Shown: positions 1 through 10,494, counted from the stretch's first letter. The stretch: DNA of 64,000 nucleotides from Acidimicrobiia bacterium (GCA_022827785.1 JAJEIM010000004.1:7409-71408); one strand, 5' to 3'. Notes: a model not told the origin generated them from the sequence alone. Translations and numbers: made by a program.

Positions 1-1053
1 CTGTCGTACACGAGGGCCGTGGCGGACCTGGATCCGGCGGGCATCGACGACCTGTACTGGGCCGGACGAATAACCCTCATCAACCGGCACCCTGATCTGG
101 CCGTCTACAACGTCGTCTTCGACGCTTTCTTCGTGGGTTCGGAAGACGACTCACCATCCCCCATGCTCCCGCTGGCCACGGCGGACGGCGACGGCGGGGA
201 TCCCGCATCCGTGTCATTCGGAACCGAGCAGCACGAGATGGAGATACTGGAGGCCGGTGATGAGGAACTCCCGGCCGCGGGAGGACCGAGGGCTTCGAGC
301 GCCGAGATACTTCGCGCCAAGCACTTCGACCGCTGGACCGAGGAGGAGTTCCGCCAGCTGGCGCGCCTTCTCCCCGGCCTTCGCCTTCCCCGAAAGCTGA
401 GCCGCCGCACCCGTCCTTCGAAGAGAGGCCCGCGGATCGACCTGCGCCGGAGCGTGCGCCACTCGCTCCGCCACGGAGGCGACCTCTTCCATCTCCGGCG
501 GAGACTCCGGGTGGAGCGGCCCAGACCGATCGTCCTGATAGTCGACGTCTCCGGCTCCATGGCCGGCTTCTCGCGCGCCCTCGTCCAGTTCTCCTACGGG
601 ATGAGCCGTGCCTCCCAGCGGGTGGAGGTGTTCTGCTTCGGAACCCGGCTCACCCGCCTCACCAATGCTATGCGGGTCCGGGATGCCGACGCCGCCCTGG
701 ACGAGGCGACCGATCTGGTGGTGGACTGGGACGGGGGAACCAGGATCGGTGAGTCGCTCGCCGCCTACGTTGCGAGGTGGGGCAAGTACCGCTTCAACCG
801 GGGGGCGGTGGTGATCATCTGCTCGGACGGCTTGGAGCGGGGCGAGCCCGACCGGCTGGCCTGGGCCATGCAGCGCCTGTCACGCCAGGCACACCGGGTC
901 ATCTGGGTCAACCCGCTAGCCGGAGACCCGAAGTTCCAACCCCTGGCCCGCGGCCTCGTGGCGGCCCTCCCGTTCGTCGACGAGCTGATCGCAGGACACA
1001 GCATCGAAGGACTCGAAGACCTGGCCCGAGTTCTGGAGGGCTGGGCAGCATAA
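1..1053 (+). CDS. CoxE-like VWA-domain protein (Mo-hydroxylase accessory); 5' end probably lies outside the window
   Basis: MIDAS motif DVSGSM, plus FGTRLTRLT, GGTRIG, SDG and WVNP motifs typical of CoxE; frame is open from base 1. Confidence 0.85.
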   Translation: MSYTRAVADLDPAGIDDLYWAGRITLINRHPDLAVYNVVFDAFFVGSEDDSPSPMLPLATADGDGGDPASVSFGTEQHEMEILEAGDEELPAAGGPRASSAEILRAKHFDRWTEEEFRQLARLLPGLRLPRKLSRRTRPSKRGPRIDLRRSVRHSLRHGGDLFHLRRRLRVERPRPIVLIVDVSGSMAGFSRALVQFSYGMSRASQRVEVFCFGTRLTRLTNAMRVRDADAALDEATDLVVDWDGGTRIGESLAAYVARWGKYRFNRGAVVIICSDGLERGEPDRLAWAMQRLSRQAHRVIWVNPLAGDPKFQPLARGLVAALPFVDELIAGHSIEGLEDLARVLEGWAA

Positions 1054-1130
1054 GGCCTACCGGTTGGCTGTTGCCGGACATTGCGCCCACAGGACTACCG
1101 GCCGGCTGCCGGCAGCGGCTGCGCAAGCCG

Positions 1131-2417
1131 TCACAGACTGCTGACCAGGTCCTCCACGGCATCCACCAGGCCATCCAGTTCGTCCCTGGTCATGGCCGTG
1201 GAAAGGCAGGCCATGCCGCGCGGGGCGAGGAAGTAGCCGCGGTTCATGAGGCCAAGGTGCAGGAGTTCGGTCAGCTCGGGATCGGCGCGTCCTACTGCCC
1301 GGTTGTCGGTGATCTCCTCGGCGGTGGCATGGAGGTTGAAGAGGGATCCGGCGCCGGTGATCCCGGCCGGCAACCCGGAGGCCTCGAGAGCCTTGTCGAT
1401 ACGTTCCACCAGTTCTTCGCCGGCTCTGTTCAACTCGTCGATCACAGGAGGGGTGAGCGCCTCCAGAGTGGCGATGCCGGCCGCGGCGCTGACCGGGTTG
1501 CCGTTGAAGGTGCCGCCCCATTGGATGCTCCCGCGGGTGGGATGGAGCAGCGCCATGACATCCTCCCGACCCCCGAATCCGCCGATCGGGAAACCTCCGC
1601 CGATGATCTTGCCGAAGGTGGTCAGGTCCGGCGTTATCCCGTAGGTGGCCTGGGCGCCTCCCGTGTGCAGGCGAAACGTGACGATCTCGTCGAAGATGAG
1701 CAGAGCTCCGGTGCGTACGGTCGCTTGCCGGAGGAAGTCGAGAAACTCCTGATCGGCGGCTATCACCCCGCCGGCGCCCAGTACGGGTTCGATGATCACG
1801 GCCGCCAGGGAGTCGGCCACCTGATCGATCGCCTCCTCGCAGCCGGGGATGTCGTTGAACGGGAGGGTGACCATCAACTCGCCGACCGGGCCCGGTATCC
1901 CGGCCCCCGGGGTGGCCGTGTAGTCGTGCGTGCCGTGGTAGCTGCCCTCGAAGCGGGCCACCTTGGGTCGACCGGTAAAGGCCCGGGCCAGCCGCATCGC
2001 GGCCATCGTGGCCTCGGTACCGGAGTTGGTGAAACGGACCTGGTCGACCGAACCGACCCGCTCGACCAGCACCTCGGCCAGCCTCACCTCGTAGTCGGTG
2101 GGCGACGAGAAGGCGGTTCCCCGACCGGCCGCCGCCATCGCTCGCGACAGCACGTTCGGATGGGCATGGCCCAGCACCAGCGACGTGTAGTTGTTGAGGT
2201 AGTCCACCCTGCTGTTGCCGTCCGCATCCACGATCTCCGACCCCTCCCCCGCCACCAGGACCGGCGGGAAGGGGGCGAAGAACGTGGTCGTGCGGGTCGT
2301 GCCCCCGGGGAGCACCCTTGCAGCACGGTCGGCAATCGCCATCGATCGCGGGTTCCGGGCCACGTACTCCTCGCTGACCCGGCGAAGCGCCTCTGTGTAG
2401 ATGGAATCGGTCGGCAC
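1131..2417 (-). CDS. Class III PLP aminotransferase (GSA-aminomutase-like or beta-amino acid transaminase-like)
   Basis: NSGTEA, YHG, FDEIVT and TFGKIIGGG (PLP lysine) motifs; GTG start at 2417 preceded by GAGGAG. Confidence 0.85.
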   Translation of the reverse strand: MPTDSIYTEALRRVSEEYVARNPRSMAIADRAARVLPGGTTRTTTFFAPFPPVLVAGEGSEIVDADGNSRVDYLNNYTSLVLGHAHPNVLSRAMAAAGRGTAFSSPTDYEVRLAEVLVERVGSVDQVRFTNSGTEATMAAMRLARAFTGRPKVARFEGSYHGTHDYTATPGAGIPGPVGELMVTLPFNDIPGCEEAIDQVADSLAAVIIEPVLGAGGVIAADQEFLDFLRQATVRTGALLIFDEIVTFRLHTGGAQATYGITPDLTTFGKIIGGGFPIGGFGGREDVMALLHPTRGSIQWGGTFNGNPVSAAAGIATLEALTPPVIDELNRAGEELVERIDKALEASGLPAGITGAGSLFNLHATAEEITDNRAVGRADPELTELLHLGLMNRGYFLAPRGMACLSTAMTRDELDGLVDAVEDLVSSL

Positions 2418-2536
2418 GTTCTCCTCGCGGCTGGTCGGGCCGAGCCTACCCACTCCTTCAACACCTCGGCACGGCTCGGGACGCTCCCGGTAGAGTTGTC
2501 GACCGGGTCGGACTCACGAGGAGGATCATCATCCCG

Positions 2537-3595
2537 ATGAGCAACGGGCGGGTGGGCATGTGCTTTCTGGACCGGCCCGACCCGCGTCGTCAGGTGGCGC
2601 TGGCCCTCCGGATGGAGGAACTGGGATACGACTCGGTGTGGGTCTGCGAGACCCGCACCGCCCGCGATGCGATCTCGGTACTCGGCGCCATCGCCTACGT
2701 GACCCGCACCATCAAGCTCGGAACCGGGGTGGTCAACTCGTGGACCCGCCCGGCCTCGCTGATGTCGCTCACATTCGCCACCCTGGACGAGCTGGCCCCT
2801 GACCGGATGTTGCTGGGGATCGGCGCCTACTGGGACCCCCTGGCGTGGAAGCAGGGAATCGACCGGCGCAAGCCGGTCAAGCAGATGCGGGAGTACGTCG
2901 AGGTCACCCGCCGGCTGCTGGCTCTCGAGACGGTCACCTACGAAGGAGAGCTGGTGGCGGTGCGCGACCTTCGCCTCGACCTGGGACATGGTGTGGCCCG
3001 CACGCCGAAGCGGACACCCATCTACATCGGTGCCACCGGCCCGCAGATGCTGGCGCTGTCCGGCGAGTTGGCGGACGGCGTGATGCTCAACGGCTTCACG
3101 TCCCTCACCTACCTGGCCGACGCCCTCCGGCACATCGACCGGGGCGCTCGGCGGAGCGGACGGCGGGTGGACGACCTCGACCTCCCCCAGACCATCGTGA
3201 TCGCCATGGACGAGGACGAGGAGAAGGCGCTGGAAGTGGCCACCCGGATGACCACCATGTACCTGGGCCAGCAGCCTCACATCGCCCTGGCCAGCGGCGT
3301 CGACCAGCACCTGCTGGACGGCGTGCGGCGGGCCATGGGAGGCTGGCCACCGAGGGACGGGGGAATCGAGGCTGCGATGCCCCTGGTGCCCGTACCGGTG
3401 GTGCGATCCCTCACCGCGGCCGGCACTCCGGAACAGTGCATCGAGCAGGTAGCGGCCTACTCCGTCCGGCCCAACATCTACCCGGCCCTGCTCCCCATCA
3501 CGGAGAACTACGAGGAGATCATCGAGGTGTTCGCGCCCCGCCGAGGTCCGGGTGGCTCGTCCGGCGGCGCCACCACCGCATCCCCTGTGTACTGA
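2537..3595 (+). CDS. LLM-class (luciferase-like, Mer-like, possibly F420-dependent) oxidoreductase
   Basis: GYDSVWVCE, IKLGTGV, PIYIGATGPQML and ADGV motifs; GAGGA RBS. Confidence 0.85.
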   Translation: MSNGRVGMCFLDRPDPRRQVALALRMEELGYDSVWVCETRTARDAISVLGAIAYVTRTIKLGTGVVNSWTRPASLMSLTFATLDELAPDRMLLGIGAYWDPLAWKQGIDRRKPVKQMREYVEVTRRLLALETVTYEGELVAVRDLRLDLGHGVARTPKRTPIYIGATGPQMLALSGELADGVMLNGFTSLTYLADALRHIDRGARRSGRRVDDLDLPQTIVIAMDEDEEKALEVATRMTTMYLGQQPHIALASGVDQHLLDGVRRAMGGWPPRDGGIEAAMPLVPVPVVRSLTAAGTPEQCIEQVAAYSVRPNIYPALLPITENYEEIIEVFAPRRGPGGSSGGATTASPVY

Positions 3596-3602
3596 GTCTC
3601 CG

Positions 3603-4937
3603 GTGGGCTCGCGGCGATTTCTCGGTGGGTCGGCGGTCTGCATCCTTGCCGCCGTCACCTCGTTCGCCTGCGCCGGCGCGAGCGAGGAACCCCGAGCGGA
3701 CGAGCGGGTGCTCGAGCTGGAGGCGAAGGCTCGTTCACTGGAGGAGTCACTCGAGGCCCTTGCGAGCGAGAACGCCGAACTGCGAGAGGAGATTGCGACC
3801 CTCGCGAAACAGGCCGGTCCCGCAGAGGCGCGTGAAGCCGCCGGGTCTGCAGGGGAGCAGGAGGAAGGGGTCGCAGACTCGGAGGGGGAACCGGCGGGGC
3901 AGCCGGCCATCCCGGAGGAGGATCGGACCAGCACGGTGGAGCGCTTGGACGACCTGGACGTCCGGGTACGGGAACTCGAGGACCTCGCCTCCACGGTGGA
4001 GTGGGTCCTCCTCGCCGTGGAGCAGTGGGCGAAGGGTGAGGACAATCCGTTGTCGTCGCTGGAGGGCACCGCCCTGGAAAGGACCGTCCGGCTGGCGGCG
4101 GACTCCGGCGGCGAGGTCCGCTACATCGTCCATCCCGAACGGGAGGATCCCTCGGTCCTGGTGATGCCTCTGGTAGCTGTTGAAGGAGAGACCCCTCTAA
4201 TCGTCTCGCTGCACGGCTACGGAGGAGACTCCGCCTACCAGAGCATCTACGTGCCCCTCCACGAGCGGGTGAACACCGATGGGTTCGCCCTGCTGCTCCC
4301 CAACGGGATACGCGACGGTGAGGGAAACCGCTTCTGGAACCCCACCGACCGGTGCTGTGACTCCGCGAAGGGCGGCCAGGATGATGTCGCCTACCTGACC
4401 GAGCTGGTCGCCGGGGCAGAGCAGGTCATGGATTTCGGGCCGGTGTACTTCTTCGGCTACTCCAACGGCGGATTCATGTCACACCACATCGCCTGCAAAG
4501 GCCTGCCGGGCCTTCGCGCCGTCGCCAGCCTCGCGGGTACGAGCTACGTCGAGGCCGCGAGTTGCGACGGCGCATCCCCGGTGTCCGTGTTGCACATCCA
4601 CGGCACCGCGGACGAGGTGATCCGCTTCGTTGGTGACGGGAGCGATCCGGGACGGCAGGGCGACGGCGAGACGGCGTTCTACGCCGGGGCTCAGGAAATG
4701 ATGACGCGCGGGAGCAGCCGGGCCGGATGCGACTGGCCCGAACAACCCCGGCCCTATGCCACGCTCGATCTGGATCAGCATGTGCCGGGCTCCGAGACCC
4801 AGGCGTTCCGCCTGGAATCAGGCTGCGCGGAGGGAGTACAGATAGAGCTCTGGATGAGCGTGGGAAGCAGCCATGCGCCCGGCTACGGCGACGCCTTCGT
4901 GGACGCACTTGTGAACTGGCTCCTGTCCCAGAAGTGA
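3603..4937 (+). CDS. Lipoprotein with N-terminal coiled coil and C-terminal LpqC/PHB-depolymerase-like alpha/beta hydrolase
   Basis: Lipobox-like SFAC; LHGYG oxyanion motif, GYSNG nucleophile, HGTAD and a C-terminal His; start uncertain. Confidence 0.75.
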   Translation: MGSRRFLGGSAVCILAAVTSFACAGASEEPRADERVLELEAKARSLEESLEALASENAELREEIATLAKQAGPAEAREAAGSAGEQEEGVADSEGEPAGQPAIPEEDRTSTVERLDDLDVRVRELEDLASTVEWVLLAVEQWAKGEDNPLSSLEGTALERTVRLAADSGGEVRYIVHPEREDPSVLVMPLVAVEGETPLIVSLHGYGGDSAYQSIYVPLHERVNTDGFALLLPNGIRDGEGNRFWNPTDRCCDSAKGGQDDVAYLTELVAGAEQVMDFGPVYFFGYSNGGFMSHHIACKGLPGLRAVASLAGTSYVEAASCDGASPVSVLHIHGTADEVIRFVGDGSDPGRQGDGETAFYAGAQEMMTRGSSRAGCDWPEQPRPYATLDLDQHVPGSETQAFRLESGCAEGVQIELWMSVGSSHAPGYGDAFVDALVNWLLSQK

Positions 4938-4984
4938 TCACTCCCGGTCGGTCGTGATCTCAGGAAGCACCGTTGGAGCGGCTA

Positions 4985-5767
4985 TCAGTCTGCCGTCCAG
5001 CCCTCTGCCACCCAGCCTCCGTCGACGAAGATGGTCTCGCCGGTGATGTAGCTGGCCGAGTCGCCCGCCAGGAACAGCACCGCGTTGGCGGTCTCGGACG
5101 GGTCGGCGAACCTCTTCATCACGATCTGATCTCGGATCGACTCGAACAGCCCGCGGTTGGCCGGCTCGGTCCGGAGCTCGTAGTTCATGTAGGACTCGGT
5201 CCAGCCGGGAGCGACCGAGTTGGTTCGGATGCCGAATTCAGCCCACTCGACCGCCATCACCTTGGTGAGGGCGATCACCCCCGCCTTGGCGGCCGAGTAG
5301 GCGCCGATGTTGGCGAACGCCACCGGACCGGCGATGGAGGAGATGTTGACTATCGAACCGGAGCGCTGTTCGATCATCGATGTGACCGCCGCCCGGGACA
5401 TGTAGAAGACCGAGGACAGGTTGGCCTCGATCCCCACGCGCCACTCCTCCAGCTCGAGGGTGTCCAACCGGCTGAAGTTCTGGCGGCGGCCGGCGTTGTT
5501 GACCAGGACGTCGAGGCCCCCGAGTTCGGACCGGACCCGGTCGAGAGCCGACACCGCCTGCTCGGGATCGGTCACGTCGCAGGTCACCGCCAGATGGGTT
5601 CCGGCGCCACCCACCATCGTCTCCACAGTGCGCGCCAGGTCGTCCTCCGTGCGGGCCAGCGCCGCCACCCGGGCACCCTCCCGAGCGAACGCCTGCGCGA
5701 TCGCCCGTCCGATCCCGCGGCTGGCGCCGGTGACCGCCACTACCTTGTCCTTCAGGCCCAGATCCAT
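4985..5767 (-). CDS. Short-chain dehydrogenase/reductase
   Basis: TGASRGIG, NNAG and YSAAK motifs. Confidence 0.9.
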   Translation of the reverse strand: MDLGLKDKVVAVTGASRGIGRAIAQAFAREGARVAALARTEDDLARTVETMVGGAGTHLAVTCDVTDPEQAVSALDRVRSELGGLDVLVNNAGRRQNFSRLDTLELEEWRVGIEANLSSVFYMSRAAVTSMIEQRSGSIVNISSIAGPVAFANIGAYSAAKAGVIALTKVMAVEWAEFGIRTNSVAPGWTESYMNYELRTEPANRGLFESIRDQIVMKRFADPSETANAVLFLAGDSASYITGETIFVDGGWVAEGWTAD

Positions 5768-5792
5768 CGGTTCGCTCCTTGTATCCGGTGGT

Positions 5793-6629
5793 TCAGCTGC
5801 TCAACTGCCCGTACAGATCGGGCCGCCGGTCGCGAAAGAAACCCCAGTCGTTGCGGATCTGAGGAATGATCGACAGGTCGAGATCGGCGACCAGCACCTC
5901 GTCCTCGTCGTCGCTCGCCTGCGAGATGATCCTCCCCTTGGGATCCACCCACATCGACGACCCGTAGAAGTGGGAGTCGGAGCCTCCCTGATCCACTCCC
6001 ACCCGGTTCACGCCACCGACGTAGTAGATGTTGTCGACCGCATGAGCCTGGAGTTCCAGCTCCCAGAGGTAGCGGCTCATACCGGTGGTGGCCGTGGGAA
6101 CGTAGACGATCTGCGCACCGTTGAGCGCCAGGGTGCGGGCCGCTTCGGGGAAGTGCCGGTCGTAACAGATCAGGATCCCGATCGTGACGTCGTACGGCGT
6201 ACGGAAGGTGATGAACCCGGTGTCACCCGGCGTGAAGTAGTACTTCTCGACTCCGGTCAGGGTGGGCACCGAGACGATGGGGATGTGGCTCTTGCGGTAG
6301 ATGCCCAGCAGGTCGCCGTCCGGCCCGATCACCGGGGCGCTGTTGTAGAGCAGGCCGTCGAGCGCCTTCTCGTAGATCGGGGCGATCAGGACTATCGCCA
6401 GTTCACGGGCCAGCTCGCGCATGCGCACCATCGTGGGACCGTCGATCGGTTCGGCCAGATCCAGATGGCGGGCGTTCATCTCGAAGGGGAAGTACACCGT
6501 GTGGAAGAGTTCCTGGAGGCAGACGATCCGGGCGCCCCGGTCCGCCGCTTCACGGACCAGGTGTTCGGCCCGCTTCACGTTGCTCTCCGTGTCGTACTCC
6601 GAACCCATCTGTACGAGTGCAGTTCTCAC
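5793..6629 (-). CDS. Nitrilase-family C-N hydrolase, beta-ureidopropionase-like
   Basis: E-K-C triad in QELF, YRKSHIP and ICYDRHFPE; directly downstream of dihydropyrimidinase; GTG start with AAAGGA RBS. Confidence 0.85.
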   Translation of the reverse strand: MRTALVQMGSEYDTESNVKRAEHLVREAADRGARIVCLQELFHTVYFPFEMNARHLDLAEPIDGPTMVRMRELARELAIVLIAPIYEKALDGLLYNSAPVIGPDGDLLGIYRKSHIPIVSVPTLTGVEKYYFTPGDTGFITFRTPYDVTIGILICYDRHFPEAARTLALNGAQIVYVPTATTGMSRYLWELELQAHAVDNIYYVGGVNRVGVDQGGSDSHFYGSSMWVDPKGRIISQASDDEDEVLVADLDLSIIPQIRNDWGFFRDRRPDLYGQLSS

Positions 6630-6645
6630 GATCCCGGATGTCCTT

Positions 6646-8046
6646 TCACGATACGAGCGTGGAGCTGCTGAGGGCGGCCGACTCGGCACTCCTCACGAAG
6701 CTCCCTGCCGGCCTTGGCGCCACGTACCTGCCGTCGCGCACGATAGCCCGGCCCCGCAGGAGCACGGCGCGGATGGCGCCCTGCAGGACCATTCCCTCGT
6801 AGGGGTTGTAGTCGCAGTTGGTGACCTGGGTGGCCACCGACAGCTCCGTGCTCCCGGCGGGGTCGAACACCACCAGGTCGGCATCCGATCCGGGAGCGAT
6901 CTCCCCCTTGCGCGGGTACAGGCCGAACAGCTTGGCCGCGTTGGTCGAGGTGATCTCCACGAACCTGTTGAGCGAGAACCGGCCCTGGGCGACTCCGTGG
7001 TGGTAGAGCAGGCCGGAACGCCATTCGATACCCGGGAGGCCGTTGGGGATCTTGGTGAAGTCTTCCCTACCGACCAGGCGCTGCTCGAAGAAGAACGGTG
7101 CGTGATCGGTTCCCACGGCCTGCAGGTCCCCGGCCGCCAGGCCGTTCCACAGCGGTTCGTGATGGTCTGCGGGACGGAGCGGAGGGGAACAGACATACTG
7201 GGCGCCCCGGAATCCCGGCTCGGCCAGCTTGCCGTCGGTGAGCAGGAGATAGTGCGGGCAGGTCTCCGCATAGGCCCGCACCCCCCGCTCCCTGGCCTCG
7301 GCCATGGCTCGCGCCGAGCCGGCCGAGGACATGTGGACCACGTAGACGGGCACGCCCGCCATCTCCGCCAGCGCTATCCCCCGCCTGGTCGCCTCGTCCT
7401 CGGCGAGGGCCGGCCGGGTCCGGGCATGGAAGATCGGGTCGTAATCCCCCCTGGCCAGCGACTCCTTCACGAGAGCGTCGATCGCGTGGCCGTTCTCGCA
7501 GTGGAGCATGATGAAGCCACCGTTCTCGGCGGTTCTCCGCATCGCCTTGAAGATGGCGCCGTCGTCCAGCATCCAAACGTTCGGGTAGGCCATGAAGAGC
7601 TTGAAGCTGGTGACACCCTCGGTGACCAGGCCGTCGAGGGACGGGAGCAGGCGGTCGGGCAGGTCGGTGATGATCTGGTGGAAGGCGTAGTCCACGGCCG
7701 CCTTCTCGTCCGCCATCTCGTGCCACCGCATCAGCGACGACCGCGGGTCGGCGCCCTTCTCCTGGATCGCGAAGTCGATGATGGTGGTGGTGCCGCCCAC
7801 GGCGGCGGCCCGCGTCCCCGTGTCGAAGTCGTCCGAGATCACCGTGCCGGCCACCGGGGTGTCCAGGTGGGTGTGCGGGTCGATGCCGCCGGGGAACACC
7901 AGATGACCGGAGGCGTCGATGGTCTCGTCCGCCTCCGTGCCCTCAAGGTCGCCGATGGCGCGTATACGCCCGGCCTCGATGAGGATGTCCGCGTCGTAGT
8001 CCTCGGTAGCCGTGACGATCCGGCCGCCTTCGACCAGCGTCGTCAC
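6646..8046 (-). CDS. hydA: Dihydropyrimidinase / D-hydantoinase
   Basis: PGGIDPHTH, SFKLFMAY (carboxylated Lys), HCENG, VHMS, CSPPLR, TDH and IPNG motifs. Confidence 0.92.
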   Translation of the reverse strand: MTTLVEGGRIVTATEDYDADILIEAGRIRAIGDLEGTEADETIDASGHLVFPGGIDPHTHLDTPVAGTVISDDFDTGTRAAAVGGTTTIIDFAIQEKGADPRSSLMRWHEMADEKAAVDYAFHQIITDLPDRLLPSLDGLVTEGVTSFKLFMAYPNVWMLDDGAIFKAMRRTAENGGFIMLHCENGHAIDALVKESLARGDYDPIFHARTRPALAEDEATRRGIALAEMAGVPVYVVHMSSAGSARAMAEARERGVRAYAETCPHYLLLTDGKLAEPGFRGAQYVCSPPLRPADHHEPLWNGLAAGDLQAVGTDHAPFFFEQRLVGREDFTKIPNGLPGIEWRSGLLYHHGVAQGRFSLNRFVEITSTNAAKLFGLYPRKGEIAPGSDADLVVFDPAGSTELSVATQVTNCDYNPYEGMVLQGAIRAVLLRGRAIVRDGRYVAPRPAGSFVRSAESAALSSSTLVS

Positions 8047-8118
8047 GCCGCGCCCACCCGCAACGCCATTACCTAGCCCCCAGCCGGTGGACGCACGGGC
8101 GGAAGATCACATATATGG

Positions 8119-10494
8119 CTAGCCGCCGGCCTGGTCGATGAGCGACCACAGGCGGCTCGGCGTGACCGGCGTCTGGTCCACCTCGACACCGAGGTGGGAC
8201 AGGGCGTCGGCCACCGCGTTGGCAAGCGCCGGTGCGGCCGGGAAGCATCCCGCCTCGCCCATGCCCTTGAAACCGCCCTCGGTGTGTGGCGAAGGGGTCA
8301 CCAGATGGTGGATCTCGAAGTCCGGCAGATCCGTGAAGGACGGCACCAGGTAGTCCATGAGGGTCGACGACAGGAGCTGTCCGGTCTCCTCGTCATAGAC
8401 GAACTCCTCCAGCATCGCGCCGCCGAGCCCGTTGGAGAGAGCGCCGTGGATCTGGCCCTCCACCAGGAGCGGGTTGATGATCGTCCCGGCGTCGTCCACC
8501 ACCACGTACTTGACCCAGTCGATCTTGCCGGTGTCGATGTCCACGTCCACCACGGCCACATGGGTCCCGCAGGCGGTCGTGAAGTTGGCCGGGTCGTAGA
8601 CGTAGGTCGCTTCGAGGGTCGGCTGGTCGCCCTCCGGGATCTTGTGCGCCCAGTAGGCCTGCTGTGCTACGTCAGCCAGGGTGAGGGACCGCATCTCCTC
8701 GGCACCCTTCACCGATATCCGGCCGTCCGCGTAGGCAACGTCGTCCGGATCCGCTTCCAGGAGCCCGGCACCGATCCGCACCGCCTTGGCCTTGATCTGC
8801 TCGATGGCCTTGATGACCGCCACCGCTGCCACGTTGGAGCGGCTGCCCGCCGACCCGAAACCCGTATAGGGAGTCTGGTCGGTGTCACCCCAGACGACGC
8901 GCACGTTGGCGATGTCGATCTCCAGGTGATCGGCGGCCACCTGGGCAAGCGTGGTCTCGGTGCCCTGACCCATCGGGATCATTCCCGTGTACAGGGTGGC
9001 CCTGCCATGGGGGTCGATCTTGACTGTCGAGCCCTCGTATCCACCGGTGTAGTAGTCGAGGATGCCGAGGATGGCCGAGGGGCCGAAGCCGGATACGTGG
9101 ATGTAGGAGGCGATGCCGATCCCGCGGTAGACACCCTGGTCCCGCAGGCTCTGCTGCTCCTCCCGCACCTTGTCGTACTCGACCGCCTCGAGAGCCTTCG
9201 CCAGCGCCGCCGGGTAGTTGCCGCTGTCGTAGACGGCGCCGCCCGGGCTGAAGTAAGGGAACTCATCCGCCTGGATCATGTTGCGGCGACGCAACTCGGC
9301 CGGGTCGATCCCCAGCCTGCGAGCCGTCTTGTCCATCATCCGCTCGATGCCGAACATCGCCTCCGGACCACCGAACCCGCGGAAGGTGCTGTTCGGGGTC
9401 TTGTTGGTGGCGACACCGACGACGTCGCAGTGGTAGTTGGCGATCTTGTACTGGTTGACCGCCGCGGCGCCGGTCACCCAGGCCGGACCGATGCCCACAC
9501 TGTGTAGGTGGGCGCCCTGGTCGCTGAGCACCCGGCCCTTGAGACCGAGGACCGTCCCGTCGGAGCTTGCCGCGAGTTGCCACTCCTGGAGTTGCTCGCG
9601 CCCGTGCACCGTGGCCTGGAGCGCCTCCCGGCGGTCCTCGATCCACTTGACCGGCCGGCCCAGCTTCATCGACGCCAGCGAGACAAGGATGTCCTCGGGG
9701 TAGCGGTCCCATTGATTGCCGAACGCGCCACCGATGTTGGGTGTGAGGATCCGGACCGATGTTTCGGGGATACCGAGAGCCGCCGCCAACTCCGTGCGGA
9801 GCAGGCTGGCCACCTGGCTCCCGGAGTGGAGGGTGAGCGTCTGGCGGAGATCGTCCCAGTCGGCTACGAGACCGCGTGTCTCCAGCGCCACGCCCGAGTA
9901 GCGACCCACCTTGAACCGTCCGGAGACGATCTCGTCAGCCTCCTCGAAGGCGCCTTCGATGTCACCGGCCACACCGAGGGCGTTGATACCCGGAAAGGTG
10001 TACTCGATGATGGTGTTGTCACCCAGGTCCTCGTTGATCACCGGAGCGCCGTCAGCCAGAGCAGCCTCCACGTCGACCACGTGGTCGAGGATCTCGTAGT
10101 CCACGTCCAGCAAATCGAGGGCGTCCTCGGCCATATAGCGCGAGTCGGCCACCACCGCGGCGACCGGCTCCCCTACGTAGCGCGCCTTGCCGGGGGCGAG
10201 GGCGGGGGTGTTGGACTCCTTCTGGCCCGGCAGGCGCCAGATGGTGGGGAAGTCCCCGATGCCCTCGAGGTCAGCGGCTGTCAGCACGCAATGGACGCCG
10301 TCCAGCGCCTCCGCCGCGGCCGTATCGATACCGTTGATGCGGGCGTGGGCATACGGGCTGCGGAGGATGGCCATGTGGACCGTCCCGGCCGGCTCGATGT
10401 CGGCAATGTAGCGACCCCGGCCCCGGATCAGCGGAGCATCCTCCCGGCGGGGCGCGGAGACCCCGATCCAGCGGGTTTCCTGCGTGGTGGTCAT
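8119..10494 (-). CDS. Xanthine dehydrogenase family molybdopterin-binding large subunit (CoxL-like, not form I CODH)
   Basis: RSPYAHA, GGAFG, FRGFG, GQG and KGMGE motifs; ATG overlaps the stop of the small subunit (ATGA). Confidence 0.9.
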   Translation of the reverse strand: MTTTQETRWIGVSAPRREDAPLIRGRGRYIADIEPAGTVHMAILRSPYAHARINGIDTAAAEALDGVHCVLTAADLEGIGDFPTIWRLPGQKESNTPALAPGKARYVGEPVAAVVADSRYMAEDALDLLDVDYEILDHVVDVEAALADGAPVINEDLGDNTIIEYTFPGINALGVAGDIEGAFEEADEIVSGRFKVGRYSGVALETRGLVADWDDLRQTLTLHSGSQVASLLRTELAAALGIPETSVRILTPNIGGAFGNQWDRYPEDILVSLASMKLGRPVKWIEDRREALQATVHGREQLQEWQLAASSDGTVLGLKGRVLSDQGAHLHSVGIGPAWVTGAAAVNQYKIANYHCDVVGVATNKTPNSTFRGFGGPEAMFGIERMMDKTARRLGIDPAELRRRNMIQADEFPYFSPGGAVYDSGNYPAALAKALEAVEYDKVREEQQSLRDQGVYRGIGIASYIHVSGFGPSAILGILDYYTGGYEGSTVKIDPHGRATLYTGMIPMGQGTETTLAQVAADHLEIDIANVRVVWGDTDQTPYTGFGSAGSRSNVAAVAVIKAIEQIKAKAVRIGAGLLEADPDDVAYADGRISVKGAEEMRSLTLADVAQQAYWAHKIPEGDQPTLEATYVYDPANFTTACGTHVAVVDVDIDTGKIDWVKYVVVDDAGTIINPLLVEGQIHGALSNGLGGAMLEEFVYDEETGQLLSSTLMDYLVPSFTDLPDFEIHHLVTPSPHTEGGFKGMGEAGCFPAAPALANAVADALSHLGVEVDQTPVTPSRLWSLIDQAGG

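Noticed and set aside
1131..2417. hemL assignment
   Set aside because: No tetrapyrrole genes nearby, and the N-terminal motifs (PGGTTR, YLNNY) differ from typical HemL (PGGVNS, YVGSW).
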